DNA from: Octopus vulgaris
Taxonomy: Eukaryota
Assembly (NCBI GenBank): GCA_951406725.2
Contig: OX597836.1
Span: 27,342,001-27,406,000 of the forward strand
Length of the DNA stretch: 64,000 bases
Direction of reading: 5' to 3'
In this document: positions 1 to 14,179 of the stretch, in pieces
How positions within the stretch are numbered: the stretch's first letter is position 1
How the letters are laid out: every line of letters starts with the position of its first letter
Made by a program: the position numbers and the translations under genes
Notes under the pieces: model-generated
Told to the model about the DNA's origin: nothing
The model's database searches: none
What the model saw: the letters and a program-made list of their open reading frames with translations, nothing else

Positions 1-183
1 TGATTTTCTGAATGAACATTTTCCAGAGAGATGGCTCGGGTTCATCGCAATTTCAAATTCCGCATGAACACTTGTTTTAAGCTACATGGCCAACACTTTG
101 AACATTTTTTATGGATTACCTACTTCTTCGTTAGCAAAGCATACTTGATATCTCCCATGGTACGTGACTTTGTGGCCACCTTG
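1..183 (+). mobile_element. Right end of a deleted Tc1/mariner element
   Basis: Transposase remnants FLNEHFPERW and FKFRMNTCFKLHGQHFEHFL, then TIR-like gtgactttgtggccaccttg next to a TA-rich array. Confidence 0.65.
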
Positions 184-212
184 TGTATTTATATATATAA
201 TGTATATATATG

Positions 213-245
<33 letters not shown>

Positions 246-364
246 ATATGTATATATATATGTATGTATATGTATATGTATGTATATATATATGTATATG
301 TATGTATATGTATATATATGGATATGTATACATATGTATATGCATATATAAATCTATCTATCTA

Positions 365-442
<78 letters not shown>

Positions 443-1213
443 TTCGTACATACGTATATACATTCGTTCATACATACACACACTCGCGCAAACAAACACA
501 CACACACACACACACACATACACACACACATACACACATATATACGCTCCAACTTCTTTGAAACCCTATTTCTTTGCAAGACAAGCGTTCACTCTCCGGC
601 CATTATATGAATGAATAGACACTATCACTTTTTGAAAGATTTATTTCTAGAAAACAAAATTATGACAATGGATGCATTTAAATTCTTAATCTAGACAAAG
701 TTGTCCCAGGAGGAATTTGAACTCCAGATATAATATGCGATTGCAAATGCTGTTCCAGATATTCCCTTTCTCGATCAAGTGTGACCTTGTATCTGCGCCT
801 GTATGCGCAGGCTTGCGCAAGGATGAGTTATATAAGATCGTCAGTGGCTCGAGCGTACGGTTTTCCAATTCCTGGTTGGTCATCAACGATGTTGTCTAAT
901 GGAAGGGTGACGTTGATAAAGTGTGGCATCACTGTCATCGCAAGAGATGTGCTCAGAATGCGCAGAGTTAGAACGGGTAACGGTAAGGCATCACATTCCA
1001 CCGATAGTTCGGTGCTTTATTTTATCATTTTATTCAACTCCAAAAGGATGATTGCTAAAGTTCACCTAAGTAAAATTTATACACACACATACACACGCAA
1101 CATACATACATACATACATACATACATACATACATACATACATACATACATACATACATACATACATACATACATACATGCATACGTACATACATACATA
1201 ATACATACATACA

Positions 1214-1249
<36 letters not shown>

Positions 1250-1549
1250 TATAATAACAATTTAATAAATAAAACATATGCATACATACATACATATATG
1301 TACATACCTACATCTATATGTATATATACATGCATATATGAGTACAGGACACCACAAATAAACGTAGAATACAACGAGAAACGAAAACATAAAATCAAAC
1401 AAGGAAACGGCCTTTTTTTTAACAACAAAAAAACAGAGTACAAGACTAACAACACAAGGAATATTCCTCTTCATCAGCTGCCCCTTTTTCGACTCAATGC
1501 GCGTTTCGAAGGTGCCTTTACCTTCGAAACACGCATACACACACACACA

Positions 1550-1605
<56 letters not shown>

Positions 1606-2050
1606 CACATACATACATAGATATATACATTCATATATCATCGTTAGTCTTAACCCACGGCAACTGGGGGAGAGTCACTGATGAGGAATCATCAAATTTG
1701 AAATCATAGACGATATGGCTCAGTCTCGCTTGCGGTAGGAAGGTTGTCTCCCTTGTTAGTCATAAGATAAAGTACTTCCCGAAGCTAAGAGTTGTTCTGA
1801 AGACTTATTTCTAACAATGTTGGTGCTGACTAGACCTTAGTGACGTCTACACACATGCAAACGCACAGATATATTTTGGTTACAATGGAGCAGGCCCTTT
1901 GGGGAATGGCTGACGGTTTGGTCTGAATCTTTGCAACAGAGTGAACTCGTTCCGTTAAAGGTACCGAATGGCTTGTCCGTTGAGCTAACTGGTTGGCACA
2001 TTAGGGCTACCATTCAAGTTTCTATGTGCACATGTACGTTAATAATGATA

Positions 2051-2267
2051 CAAGGAGGTGCAGAAAAGTTCTTGGCTTTGGGTGAAAGAAAAGACAGGAA
2101 GATCAGTCAATTATAGTTTTATGCAATAGATTCCCATCTCAGGTTCACTCACTTAATGCAGCGGTCCTCTAGTTTTTCTAAGCTCTGTAAAAGAACTTGG
2201 ATGGTTGGTCCTCCAACCAGACCTTTCGCACTACTCTTAAAGCCAGGAACTTTTTAGCACAGCCTCG
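2051..2267. mobile_element. mariner-type MITE
   Basis: Imperfect TIRs gaggtgcagaaaagttcttggcttt / aaagccaggaactttttagcacagcctc; TA at the left end. Confidence 0.6.
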
Positions 2268-2395
2268 GGCATATATGTATGCATGTATGTATGCATGCAC
2301 GTCCCTCCTCTCTCTGTATATATATATATATAAATTAATTGTTATCGCCATATTAATATGGCATTCTTATAGAGACTTAGTAATTTTAATATTTC

Positions 2396-2432
<37 letters not shown>

Positions 2433-3305
2433 AACATACATGCATACAGACAGACAGACAGACACATATATGTATATATGTATATATATATATCTATATG
2501 TATATATATATGTCTGTATATATGTCTGTATGTATGTATATATATATATGTATGTATGTATGCATGCATGTATGTATGTATATATATATATATATTGCAT
2601 GTCATTCTTATCCATTCAACAATTTTACATTGAACGTGATGGAGGGAGAAATCTATTGTATTTTGATACGAAATAAATGCCAAGTAAATTGATTTCAAAT
2701 TTTGGCACAAGGCCAGTTATTTCGTGGGGTGGGGGTGGGGAGGGTAAGTCGATTACATCAACCCCAGTACTCAACTGGTACTTATTTTATCAATCCCGAA
2801 AGAATGAAAGGCAAAGTCGACCTCGGCGAAATTTGAACTCAGAACATTAAGACAGACGAAATGCTACTAAGCATTTTTCTTGGTAAATTTGCCAGCTCGC
2901 TGCCGTTAGATGCGAAATTAATTAAAGCCTATTTTGTTGATGAATTTTAATTATTAAGGTCATGAAGTAACAAAATGTGGAGTAGATTTCCTTCCCATTT
3001 CTCCTCTCTTTACGTATATACCGTTACGTAAATATATGGAAGAACGTACATAATTACGCACGAAGCTCCAAACAGAGATAAACTTATCCTCTCTTTCGTC
3101 CGCTATTTTTGTGCTTGTCCATGCAAAATTCCTGCATTTCTCACTCACATAACAATATTCTGCAGAAACACTCACACACATACACAAATACACACACACA
3201 CACACACGCACATACACACAATTTGATTTGGGTCTTACTGACCTTAGATATCAGCTCGATAGCCTCCAGCGTGTAATTGGCTAGCGGTGTATACTAATAA
3301 ATGAA

Positions 3306-3516
3306 GGCGGCAAACTGGCAGAATCGTTAGCACGCCGGGCGAAATGCTTAGCGGTATTTAGTCTGCCGCTACGTTCTGAGTTCAAATTCCGCCGAGGTCG
3401 ACTTTGCCTTTCATCCTTTCGGGGTCGATTAAATAAGTACCAGTTACGACTTAATCCGTTTGTCTGTCCTTGTTTGTCCTCTCTGTGTTTAGCCCCTTGT
3501 GGGTAATAAAGAAATA
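3306..3516 (+). mobile_element. SINE family A (ggcggcgagctggcagaa...gcctttcatcctttcggggtcga...aaagaaata)
   Basis: High-identity multicopy repeat with a B-box-like GAGTTCAAATTCC. More degenerate copies at about 2696-2905, 17940-18140, 26845-27110, 28450-28775, 39250-39710, 49430-49610 and 50250-50580. Confidence 0.85.
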
Positions 3517-3837
3517 AGTGTATACTAATAAATAAATATTCCTATTTCACCCCCCCCCAGTCACAAGATTAATTTAATCGCAATTGTTTAATGATAGAAG
3601 TTATTCCACAATTTTAATCCCTACAAACGTTAGCTACGCGTGCCACGTGCTGAAGGAATATACTAAGTGAAGATGAATGGGGAACGACAGAGCAATACAT
3701 GCTACAAACGTTTCAGTAGCGTGGCTATTTATTCGCAATCAGTGTATTATATATTATAAAATTACCAGTCATTTCCTCAGACATTTTAGAAGTATCGAAA
3801 TACATGTAGGCTTACAGGAAAATGATTAGGAACTATA

Positions 3838-4004
<167 letters not shown>

Positions 4005-4193
4005 TCTATTTATCTTTCTATATATTTATCTACCAATCTATCTGTCTATCTATCTATCTATCTATCTGTCTACCTATCTACACATACGCACAAGCACACA
4101 CACAAACACACACACACAAACACACACATACACACGTTATATTTTGTTAATGTCCAACCGGCATCAAAAGAATCTTTTTGTCGCGTGTCATAT

Positions 4194-4391
4194 TCTTTTA
4201 TTCTTTTACTTGTTTCAGTCATTTATCTGCAGCCATGCTGGAGCACCGCCTTCAGTCGAGCAAATCGACCCCAGGACTTATTCTTTGTAAGCCTAGTACT
4301 TATTCAATCGGTCTATTTTGCCGTACCGCTAAGTTACGGGGACGTAAACACACCAGCATCGGTTGTCAAGTGATGTTGGGGGGACAAACAC

Positions 4392-4442
<51 letters not shown>

Positions 4443-4614
4443 CATATATACGGCGGGCTTCTTTCAGTTTCCGTCTACCAAATCCACTCACAAACCTTTG
4501 GTCGGCCCGAGGCTATAGTAGAAGAAACTTGCCCGAGGTGCCACGCAGTGGGACTGAACACGGAACCATGTGGTTGGTAAGCAAGCTACTTACCACACAG
4601 CCACTCCTACGCCT
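4194..4614 (-). mobile_element. SINE family B (tRNA head, CORE-like gtggcaccttgggcaagtg, internal TA/TG microsatellite)
   Basis: A/B-box-like head TGGCTGTGTGGTAAG...GGTTCAGTCCC; multicopy. Confidence 0.85.
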
Positions 4615-5048
4615 GTGAACTTATGTCGCGAACTTTTAGAATATTTTACTGAATGACTCAACTGTTCGATGTCTACATTTTAACTCGAATTAGAATTTAA
4701 AAAAAAAACAAACGAACTGATGCTACTAGAATGACGATGTTTAATTGGCTGGGATCTTATCCACCACTCCGGTAATATTGACATGATTAACGTGAACTTA
4801 TTGGAAAGTTTTCTCGAGATTGAATTTTCTTTGCAGTCAATTTCTCTCTTTCAGTGGTTACAAACTTCGCGAAGAAATGACTGACAATTTTAGCTGATAT
4901 AATACTCCAATGCAAATAAATTGCCATGTTATTGAAACATTTGTAGCATATATGCATACACGTACATACATATATAAATGTATATGTATATGTGTATCTA
5001 TATATAAGTATATGTATATATGTAATATATGTATATATGTATGTATGC

Positions 5049-5106
<58 letters not shown>

Positions 5107-5242
5107 ATGTATGTATATATATATACACATACGCACACGCATATATATAATCAACATGTGAGTGTACATACATACTCATTCACACATATGCACGCACGTA
5201 CATGCATGCAAACACACATACATATATATGGAGTGAGAGAGC

Positions 5243-5278
<36 letters not shown>

Positions 5279-5383
5279 AAGAGAATGAAAGAGATAGAGA
5301 GTGAGTGAAAGAAAGTGAAAGGGAAAGAGAGACAGTGATGACGTACGGCAGAACTTGAAGGAACGCTGAGAAAAATGACTTAC

Positions 5384-5497
5384 TTCCTTTTGTCAAACTG
5401 TATCAGTTGACATCCCTTTGATTTGACAGCGATTTGTAGGACAGAGATTTCGTAGTTTCCGATGTGGAAACTGTTTAGAAATCCCCTCTGTTTCAAC
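5384..5497 (-). CDS. JOSD1/2: Josephin-domain deubiquitinase, second coding exon (LKQRGFLNSFHIGNYEISVLQIAVKSKGCQLIQFDKR)
   Basis: Not in the ORF track; translated by hand. Acceptor ttttctgacccag|G and donor AA|GTAAGT; 114 nt, phase 2-2, in frame with the previous exon. Aligns to the GNYDVNVIMAALQ.KG....W.DKRR segment of JOSD1/2. Confidence 0.88.
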
Positions 5498-5582
5498 CTG
5501 GGTCAGAAAAATTACAAGTAAGGCAATATTAATCTCAGGTATGCTCATTAACATGATAATTATCGTTAATATTTTTAACATA

Positions 5583-5997
5583 TATTTCTTTATTGCCCAC
5601 AAGGGGCTAAACATAGAGGGGACAAACAAGGACAGACAAACGGATTAAGTCGATTACATCGACCCCAGTGCGTAACTGATACTTAATTTATCGACCCCGA
5701 AAGGATGAAAAGCAAATTCGACCTCGGCGGAATTTGAACTCACAACGTAACGGCAGACGAAATACATATTTCTTTACTACCCACAAGGGGCTAAACATAG
5801 AGGGGACAAACAAGGACAGACAAACGGATTAAGTCGATTACATCGACCCCAGTGCGTAACTGGTACTTAATTTATCGACCTCGAAAGGATGAAAAGCAAA
5901 TTCGATCTCGGTGGAATTTGAACTCAGAACGTAACGGCAGACGAAATACGGCTACGCATTTCGCCCGGCGTGCTAACGTTTCTGCCAGCTCGCCGCC
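5583..5997 (-). mobile_element. SINE family A, tandem dimer
   Basis: One full unit plus one 5'-truncated unit, head to tail. Confidence 0.85.
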
Positions 5998-6783
5998 TTA
6001 TATATATTTTTAACATAGTTTAGGAGTTCAGTGAGTTAAATTAATGCTATTGTTTTCATGGTTTGGTTCGGATGCAGTGGTTGTTATTGCGGTTCTGAAC
6101 GACGGTTGCGGGAATATGGAATAGAAAAAAGAAAGTTTAAAGTGGAATTCCAGAGGAATGACATTCTCGGATGCTAGAATTGGATGCCAGTATAATAGGT
6201 GCTGGCACAGTAATGAACCATCTGCAGCATTTGATCTTTAGAAGAGGGATAGTTTGTAAAATAAAATAAAATAAAATAAAATATAAACCAAACTTGCTGC
6301 CTTCAATTCTGTTTTCGTGTCAATCCTCTGATCATGAATTTTAGGTAATAGCCAAAAGAGCGCGATGCGAATACAAGCGGCCTAAATGGAATTCCTCTGA
6401 AGAATCTCTAACGTAACGTTACCATGACTGGCAGAGTAGATGCTTATGTTGCTTGTGGGGCGATGATAAGGTCTGGGGACAAGATTTCTTTTGATGTGTG
6501 TTAACGATTGTGTGTTTGCGATGTGAAAGGGAACTTGGCTGGTATGACCTCACTGGACATTGTTTTCGGGGACCTTGTTGATGGGGACCAATCCTTGTTT
6601 TGATGTTAGGTGTCTATGTTGCTTGTGGGGGTGATGGCAAGATCTGTTTAAGGGTGGACTACGTTGCAAGTGACGGCAAAGAGGTGGTTGATTTATAGGG
6701 GAGTATTAAATCAAAACTGAACCTTGAGGCACACCTGAGTATAGGTGAGAAAGAGTGTGTGTGTGTGTGTGAAAGAGAGAGAG

Positions 6784-6859
<76 letters not shown>

Positions 6860-7280
6860 CATCTAATGTAGGATAACATTTTTCTAAAAAAAATTTTATC
6901 AATGGGCAGCATATCAAAAAATACCTTTAAAGGTTAAATTTATAAACAACTTATAAATAAGGCCAAACGAAAAAAATTTCATATGCCAAATATGCCGAAA
7001 CTAGACACATTGTCCATAACCATATAATTTATCACAATAAGCACGCTACTCGAAAAAGGTCGACAGAAATGTCTAAAAAATTTATCACTGACGAAGGGCA
7101 GGTTCTTATGAACCAACCCTGAAATCGGTCTGATATGGTAATAACGGAATTTTTAAGAAATTTCTGTTGACTTTTTTCGAGTAGCGTGCTTATTGTGATA
7201 AATTGTATGGTTATGGACAATGTGTCTTGTTTCGGCATATTTGGCATATGAAAATTTTTCGTTTGCCCTTATTTATAAGT

Positions 7281-7283
<3 letters not shown>
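6860..7283. repeat. Penelope-like fold-back (arms ~6946-7082 / 7149-7283) with a hammerhead in the loop
   Basis: ~135-bp imperfect inverted repeat; the same family recurs at 55610-55895. Confidence 0.75.
7083..7135 (+). ncRNA. Minimal type I hammerhead ribozyme motif (canonical core)
   Basis: TATCA CTGACGA AGGG..GGTTC TTAT GAACC..CCCT GAAA TCGG TC TGATA. Stems I and II pair; stem III is near-palindromic (ATCGGT). Confidence 0.75.
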
Positions 7284-7327
<44 letters not shown>

Positions 7328-7329
7328 AG

Positions 7330-7381
<52 letters not shown>

Positions 7382-7386
<5 letters not shown>

Positions 7387-7560
7387 AAATTTAGAGGATT
7401 GACCACTAAAAGTGGACAGCCTGTATGCTAGATAGAGACGTTAAAATCGCCATTTTCCACGGAGGATGTGTTCTCAAGAATCGTGGAAAATGGCAATTTT
7501 AACGTCTATATCTAGCATACAGGCTGTCCACTTTTAGTGGTTAATCCTCTAAATTTTGTA
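7382..7560. repeat. Fold-back, ~80-bp arms
   Basis: Near-perfect inverted repeat; the right arm continues as unique element sequence to ~7655. Confidence 0.8.
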
Positions 7561-7667
7561 TGTAAAAATTTTTTAATCTTCGGATGTTTCAAAATATGCT
7601 TGGCCACTGGTTTTAATTGATTAAAATATCAATTTCTACCCTTATTTAATTTTTATGTATATATATA

Positions 7668-7719
<52 letters not shown>

Positions 7720-7774
7720 GAGTGTTAGGATCAAAACTGAACCTTGAGGCACACCTGAGTATAGGTGAGAAAGA

Positions 7775-7840
<66 letters not shown>

Positions 7841-7881
7841 AATGAGAGAAATATATATATATATACAGAGTGAAAGAGAAT

Positions 7882-7928
<47 letters not shown>

Positions 7929-8004
7929 TAGCTGCTACAGGTGTGAACTCACCTCATAGGAGACACACCACCCACCAACATTCATACAGGTGTTGTATAT
8001 TTAC

Positions 8005-8135
8005 CCTACAGCTATCCTGTCCAATGCCTTTTCGGTAAAGGCGTATTTGTCTTGGAATAAGTTGTTGAGGGCATGGAGGCCACACAGTGCTCCTCTCTGT
8101 TTCTCGTGGTAAATTCCGACAGCTGTTTGCTCCAT
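8005..8135 (-). CDS. JOSD1/2: Josephin-domain deubiquitinase, first coding exon ([44 protein letters not shown]); the full exon is probably 8407-8005
   Basis: IYHEKQ..LC.LHALNN.FQ is the Josephin N-terminal motif with oxyanion Gln and catalytic Cys. ATG at 8135 with an in-frame TGA upstream. Phase-2 donor GG|GTAAAT at 8005/8004. Polypyrimidine tract and TAG acceptor at 8408/8407. Confidence 0.9.
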
Positions 8136-8453
8136 CAGGCTGCTGTTTCTGTCGCATTCGATTTTGTTACACCATCTGATGATGTTGTGACGTTTCCTGT
8201 CGACGCCCACACGACGAACAGTTCATTGAGGTTTCATTTGTGTCGTTAAAAATATAGATTTTATAAACACATTCGAAGGCTTTCACAGAACCGGCTGCGA
8301 AAAGAAAAAGAACTGGTTTGTGCGAGTACTTGCTCATACAGGCCTTTTTTTCCCCTCCTGGTTTAAGACAAGTTGATGCTGCGAGATTCAATTGAAGATT
8401 GCAATAGCTATGGAGACAAAGAATAAAGATGAAATAATTATAAATTTACATAA

Positions 8454-8714
8454 GTAAACAAAAAAAAAAGTAAAGTTCCTTTCCGAGTCATACAGACTCA
8501 TAAGGGCCGGTTTCCATAGCGTAGAAATTCCCCACCTGGACAGGACGCCGGTCCGTCGCAGGATTACTCATTTTTGCCAGCTGAGTGAACTGGAGCAACG
8601 TGGAATGAAGTGTTTTGCTTAAGGACACAACGCATTGCCCGGTCCAGGAATCGAAACCACAATCTTACGATCATGAGTCCAACACGCTAACCACTAAACC
8701 ACGCGCCTCCACAG
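8454..8714 (-). mobile_element. tRNA-derived SINE with V-domain-like core and 10-bp TSD
   Basis: Core cctgcgacggaccggcgtcctgtccagg; TSD atttacataa at 8444 and 8715. Related copies at 19290-19591 (-) and 8850-9108 (-). Confidence 0.75.
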
Positions 8715-9111
8715 ATTTACATAAAGAGAAAGAAAAAATACTGCAACATAAATTTACATAAATTTACATAAAGAGAAAGAAAAATACTACAACATAAACC
8801 GAATGTAATAAATAAATGTGTGGATGTGTTTATCTGTCAATCAGTTTCCCTGTATCACCGTCGCTATATCTATCAGACTATCGGATGTCGTTATACACCG
8901 CTGGTCACAATGCGTTTCCTCTCATTGTTATCGCCTACGAATGAAGCTACCGAGTTAGGCAGACGGACCGATATTCTGCCTCGAACGGAATGGCAGTCCA
9001 TCACAGGGCTACACAAGTACACAAGTACACCAGTACGCATCGCTGGCTTGGGAATCGAAACCACGATACTGCCATTGTGAGCGCAACATCCTTAACAAGT
9101 TGGCCACGGTT

Positions 9112-9521
9112 CGAGCTGGTAGAAACGTTAGCACACCGGGCGAAATATTTAGCGGTATATCGTCTGTCGCTACGTTCTGAGTTCAAATTCCGCCGAGGTC
9201 GACTTTGCCTTTCATCCTTTCGGGGTTGATTAATTAAGTACCAGTTACGCACTGGGGTCGATATAATCGACTTAATCCGTTTTCATGTCCTTGTTTGTCC
9301 CCTCTATATTTATCCCCTTGTGGGTAGTAATGAAATGGGTATTTCGTCTGTCGCTACGTTCTGAGTTCAAATTCCGCCGAGGTCGACTTTGCCTTTCATC
9401 CTTTCGGGGTCGATTAAAGAAGTACCAGTTACGCACTGGGGTCGATATAATCGACTTAATCCGTTTGTCTGTCCTTGTTTGTCCCTTCTGTGTTTAGCCC
9501 CTTGTGGGTAGTAAAGAAATA
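9112..9521 (+). mobile_element. SINE family A, tandem dimer
   Basis: Two head-to-tail units; the second is 5'-truncated at atttcgtctg. Confidence 0.85.
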
Positions 9522-9550
9522 GGTTAATAAGAAAAAAGAAAGCAATAAAA

Positions 9551-9605
<55 letters not shown>

Positions 9606-9781
9606 TTGCTGCTGCTAGCGTCAAGACGTTTGATATTTCAGTATTTGTCATCAACACCTGTCAGTCTCTCTGTCTTTATGTCCTTCGCCTATCCATATAT
9701 GGTTGTCTGTCTCTCTTCGTTTGTCTTCCTCTATGCCTACTTCTTCCTCTCCCCTCCCCTCTCACTCTTCCTCGCCCGCTC

Positions 9782-9841
<60 letters not shown>

Positions 9842-10309
9842 CCTCACAATGTATTCCCCTCAAACTCCTCTCTCTCTCTCTCTCTTCCTAACTGTATTCT
9901 ATCAGCTCACCGCCTTTGAAACTAGTAAAGTAATGAATTCATAATATATTCATAATATATTCATACATATAATTACTTCAAGTTGGTTCTTCTGAAAAGT
10001 GCACGGTAATTTATGCGGCTAACTCATCAGGAAGAATCTGGACACAGAAAAAGAAACTCTTTTCTTTAGATCAATGAATAACCCGACGCATAAAACACAC
10101 GGAAATTTTATTACGAGTGCTTCTCAACCATTTTTGATCAAACACCTCGTTTTGATCTCGTAAACTCAACTCCTTCTCTCAATGAACAAGGTTGCAACCC
10201 ATTATCAGCATCAGTGATTTACTTGAAAGTAAAGAATAGATTTGATCATCCGTGAAAGTTTGGATAACGTCCTCAAGAGGACGTTAAAGCACGTTTGAGA
10301 AACATTCTT

Positions 10310-10420
<111 letters not shown>

Positions 10421-10544
10421 ATATATATATATATATATATATAAAAAGTTAATCCAAACAAGAAAACACAAAAAAGCACAACAACGCGAGGACGTGGAAC
10501 AAATATAGTATTATTGGACGCTCAGGAAAGAAGGAAAGAAGGAG

Positions 10545-10580
10545 GGGTTAACGTTTCAAGCGGAGCTCTTCGTCGGAAAC
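10545..10580 (-). ncRNA. Hammerhead-like motif with U4C core
   Basis: Reverse complement reads GTTT CCGACGA A GAGC TCC GCTT GAAA CG TT AAC. Confidence 0.45.
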
Positions 10581-10619
10581 ATAGGACAAGGAAAGATCCA
10601 GAGAAGGGAAGACAGAAGA

Positions 10620-10656
<37 letters not shown>

Positions 10657-10729
10657 ATTCCATCTTCTGCATTTCATTTTTTATATACATTCATACATAC
10701 ACACATACATACATACATACATACATACA

Positions 10730-10760
<31 letters not shown>

Positions 10761-10817
10761 GTATGTGTGTGTGTGTGTGTATAAAAAATGAAATACAGAA
10801 GATGGAATTTATTATCA

Positions 10818-10919
10818 ATCACGAACAGTTTCGACACGTCTAGCATCAATTCCTCTTGTACGACACTCAACAACTGGTTCAGGAGTATCCGGTGGTGCAG
10901 CTGTATCTCGTCGGGTGAT
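10818..10919 (-). ncRNA. Hammerhead-like motif with U4C core and long stem II insert
   Basis: Reverse complement reads ATCAC CCGACGA GATAC [~70 nt] GTGTC GAAA CTGT TC GTGAT. Confidence 0.45.
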
Positions 10920-11064
10920 AAATAAAAACAACTCTTTAAAATGACTGTTCCACAATGTAACTTTCTGTTTTGTAGAGAGAAAAACAACCAGACGGAGGGA
11001 AAATCTTCACATATGTAGAAGATCAAAAGTAAAATTGCAGAAGGCAGGTAAATTGCAGAAGGTA

Positions 11065-11477
11065 GGCGCAGGAGTGGCTGTGTGGTAAGTAGCTTGCTAA
11101 CCAACCACATGGTTCCGGGTTCAGTCCCACTGCGTGGCATCTTGGACATGTGTCTTCTGCTATAGCCCCGGGCCGACCAATGCCTTGTGAGTGGATTTGG
11201 TAGACGGAAACTGAAAGAAGCCCGTCGTATATATGTATATATATATATGTATGTGTGTGTATATTTTTGTGTGTCTGTGTTTGTCCCTCTAGCATTGCTT
11301 GACAACCGATGCTAGTGTGTTTACGTCCCCGTCACTTAGCGGTTCGGCAAAAGAGACCGATAGAATAAGTACTGGGCTTACAAAAGAATAAGTCCCGGGG
11401 TCGATTTGCTCGACTAAAGGCGGTGCTCCAGCATGGCCACAGTCAAATGACTGAAACAAGTAAAAGAGTAAAGAGTA
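11065..11477 (+). mobile_element. SINE family B
   Basis: Full-length copy with a gtaaaaga-repeat tail. Confidence 0.85.
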
Positions 11478-12139
11478 AGGCAAAAAGAGAAACGAACATA
11501 TAAGCCAACGAGAAGGGTATTGAAAATAACCGTTAATAGATATGGATGTATACACACCCTCGGGCAAGCAGCATGGAACGAGTACACACGCTCATACAAG
11601 CATCAGCAAAAATATGAGCATATGCACACGCGAGGTTTGGTGCACTCGTGATCACAAAGCGAATTAGCTATTTACTTGGTGTTTATAAGAACGGGAAGGT
11701 TTAAAGTAAACTTAAGTCATCCATACCTTAAAGTAAATTAAATTACACTAAGTTAACGGTTACTCAAAATTCATTCTCACTGCATTGTGCGAAAGTACAT
11801 TTTTAAAAAAATCCTTTTATTCTTCAAAATTAAGATAAACAAAATTCTGTTTTAATCTAAAATAAACTCTCCTTCATTTTCTACAATGCTCTTCCATCTA
11901 TCTGGTAGACTTGCAATGCTACCTCTTCCAAATTCAAGAACTTATCATTGCTCTTGGAACTTCCTATTCACAGGGATTGAAGCCTCACTGTAATTTTCCG
12001 TAACTATTTATATCAATATAAATATATTACACACAAAACACGTACAGACCACTACATCATCATTTTCGGAAAACGCACACACGCCCACCCTCGTTTCACA
12101 CGTCAGCTAAGCACACAACACACATATCTGCCAACAACA

Positions 12140-12208
<69 letters not shown>

Positions 12209-12285
12209 GCTACTGCTGCTGCTGCTGCTGCTTCTGCTGCTACTGCCGCCGCCACCACCGCCGCCACCACCGCCGCCACCATATT

Positions 12286-13428
<1,143 letters not shown>

Positions 13429-13436
13429 ATCTACCG

Positions 13437-13508
<72 letters not shown>

Positions 13509-13513
13509 TTTTC

Positions 13514-13738
13514 TATTTCTTTATTACCCACAAGGGGCTAAACACAGAGGGGACAAACAAGGACAGACATAGGTATTAAGTCGATTACATCGACCGAAGT
13601 GCGTAACTGGTACTTAATTTATCGACCCCGAAAAGATGAAAGGCAAAGTCGACCTCGGCGGAATTTGAACTCAGAACGTAGTGGCAGACAAAATACCGCT
13701 AAGCATTTCGCCCGGCGTGCTAACGTTTCTGCCAGCTC
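13514..13738 (-). mobile_element. SINE family A
   Basis: Matches the other copies. Confidence 0.85.
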
Positions 13739-13747
13739 AATAATAAT

Positions 13748-13954
13748 CATATCCTACGCAAAATACTTTCTATGTAATCTCAAGGTTTAAAACAAACATT
13801 TTTTTTTATAGACATCCACTAGTACAACACAAAAAACAACCAAATATATGGCACACTAGGCATAACAACAACGTGAACTTCCAGCCTGTTGTCTCTTGAG
13901 GTCTCCGGGTGAGACTTGGAGCCAACTTGTACAAATATAAAGCAAAAGTCAAAC

Positions 13955-13956
<2 letters not shown>
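13748..13956 (+). mobile_element. R4/Dong-like non-LTR retrotransposon 3' end (family D1)
   Basis: HILRKILSM* plus 3' UTR ending in (TAA)n. Confidence 0.75.
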
Positions 13957-14013
<57 letters not shown>

Positions 14014-14060
14014 TCGAAAAATACCATATGAGTGAGAACCCAGGTTTGAAATTTCCCCAA

Positions 14061-14106
14061 GACACCTGATGAAGGCCGGAGGGTATATCAGCCGAAATGT
14101 TGTGTT
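14061..14106 (+). ncRNA. Minimal hammerhead motif, family H1
   Basis: GACAC CTGATGA A GGCCG..CAGCC GAAA TG TT GTGTT. Confidence 0.65.
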
Positions 14107-14179
14107 AACAACAAACAAGATAAGGATAAATATCCGTCAAATGTAAATAATGTATGTATGTCTTCTCTATTTTTTAGAA

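Noticed and set aside
1673-1711. CTGATGA...GAAA hammerhead-like strings here and at 21011-21051, 42690-42730, 43814-43895 and 53510-53585
   Set aside because: Stems or cores are too degenerate to call individually; probably decayed Penelope-like remnants.
4860-4930. LHWSII as the Josephin catalytic-His exon
   Set aside because: No downstream NLDS motif and no convincing splice sites.
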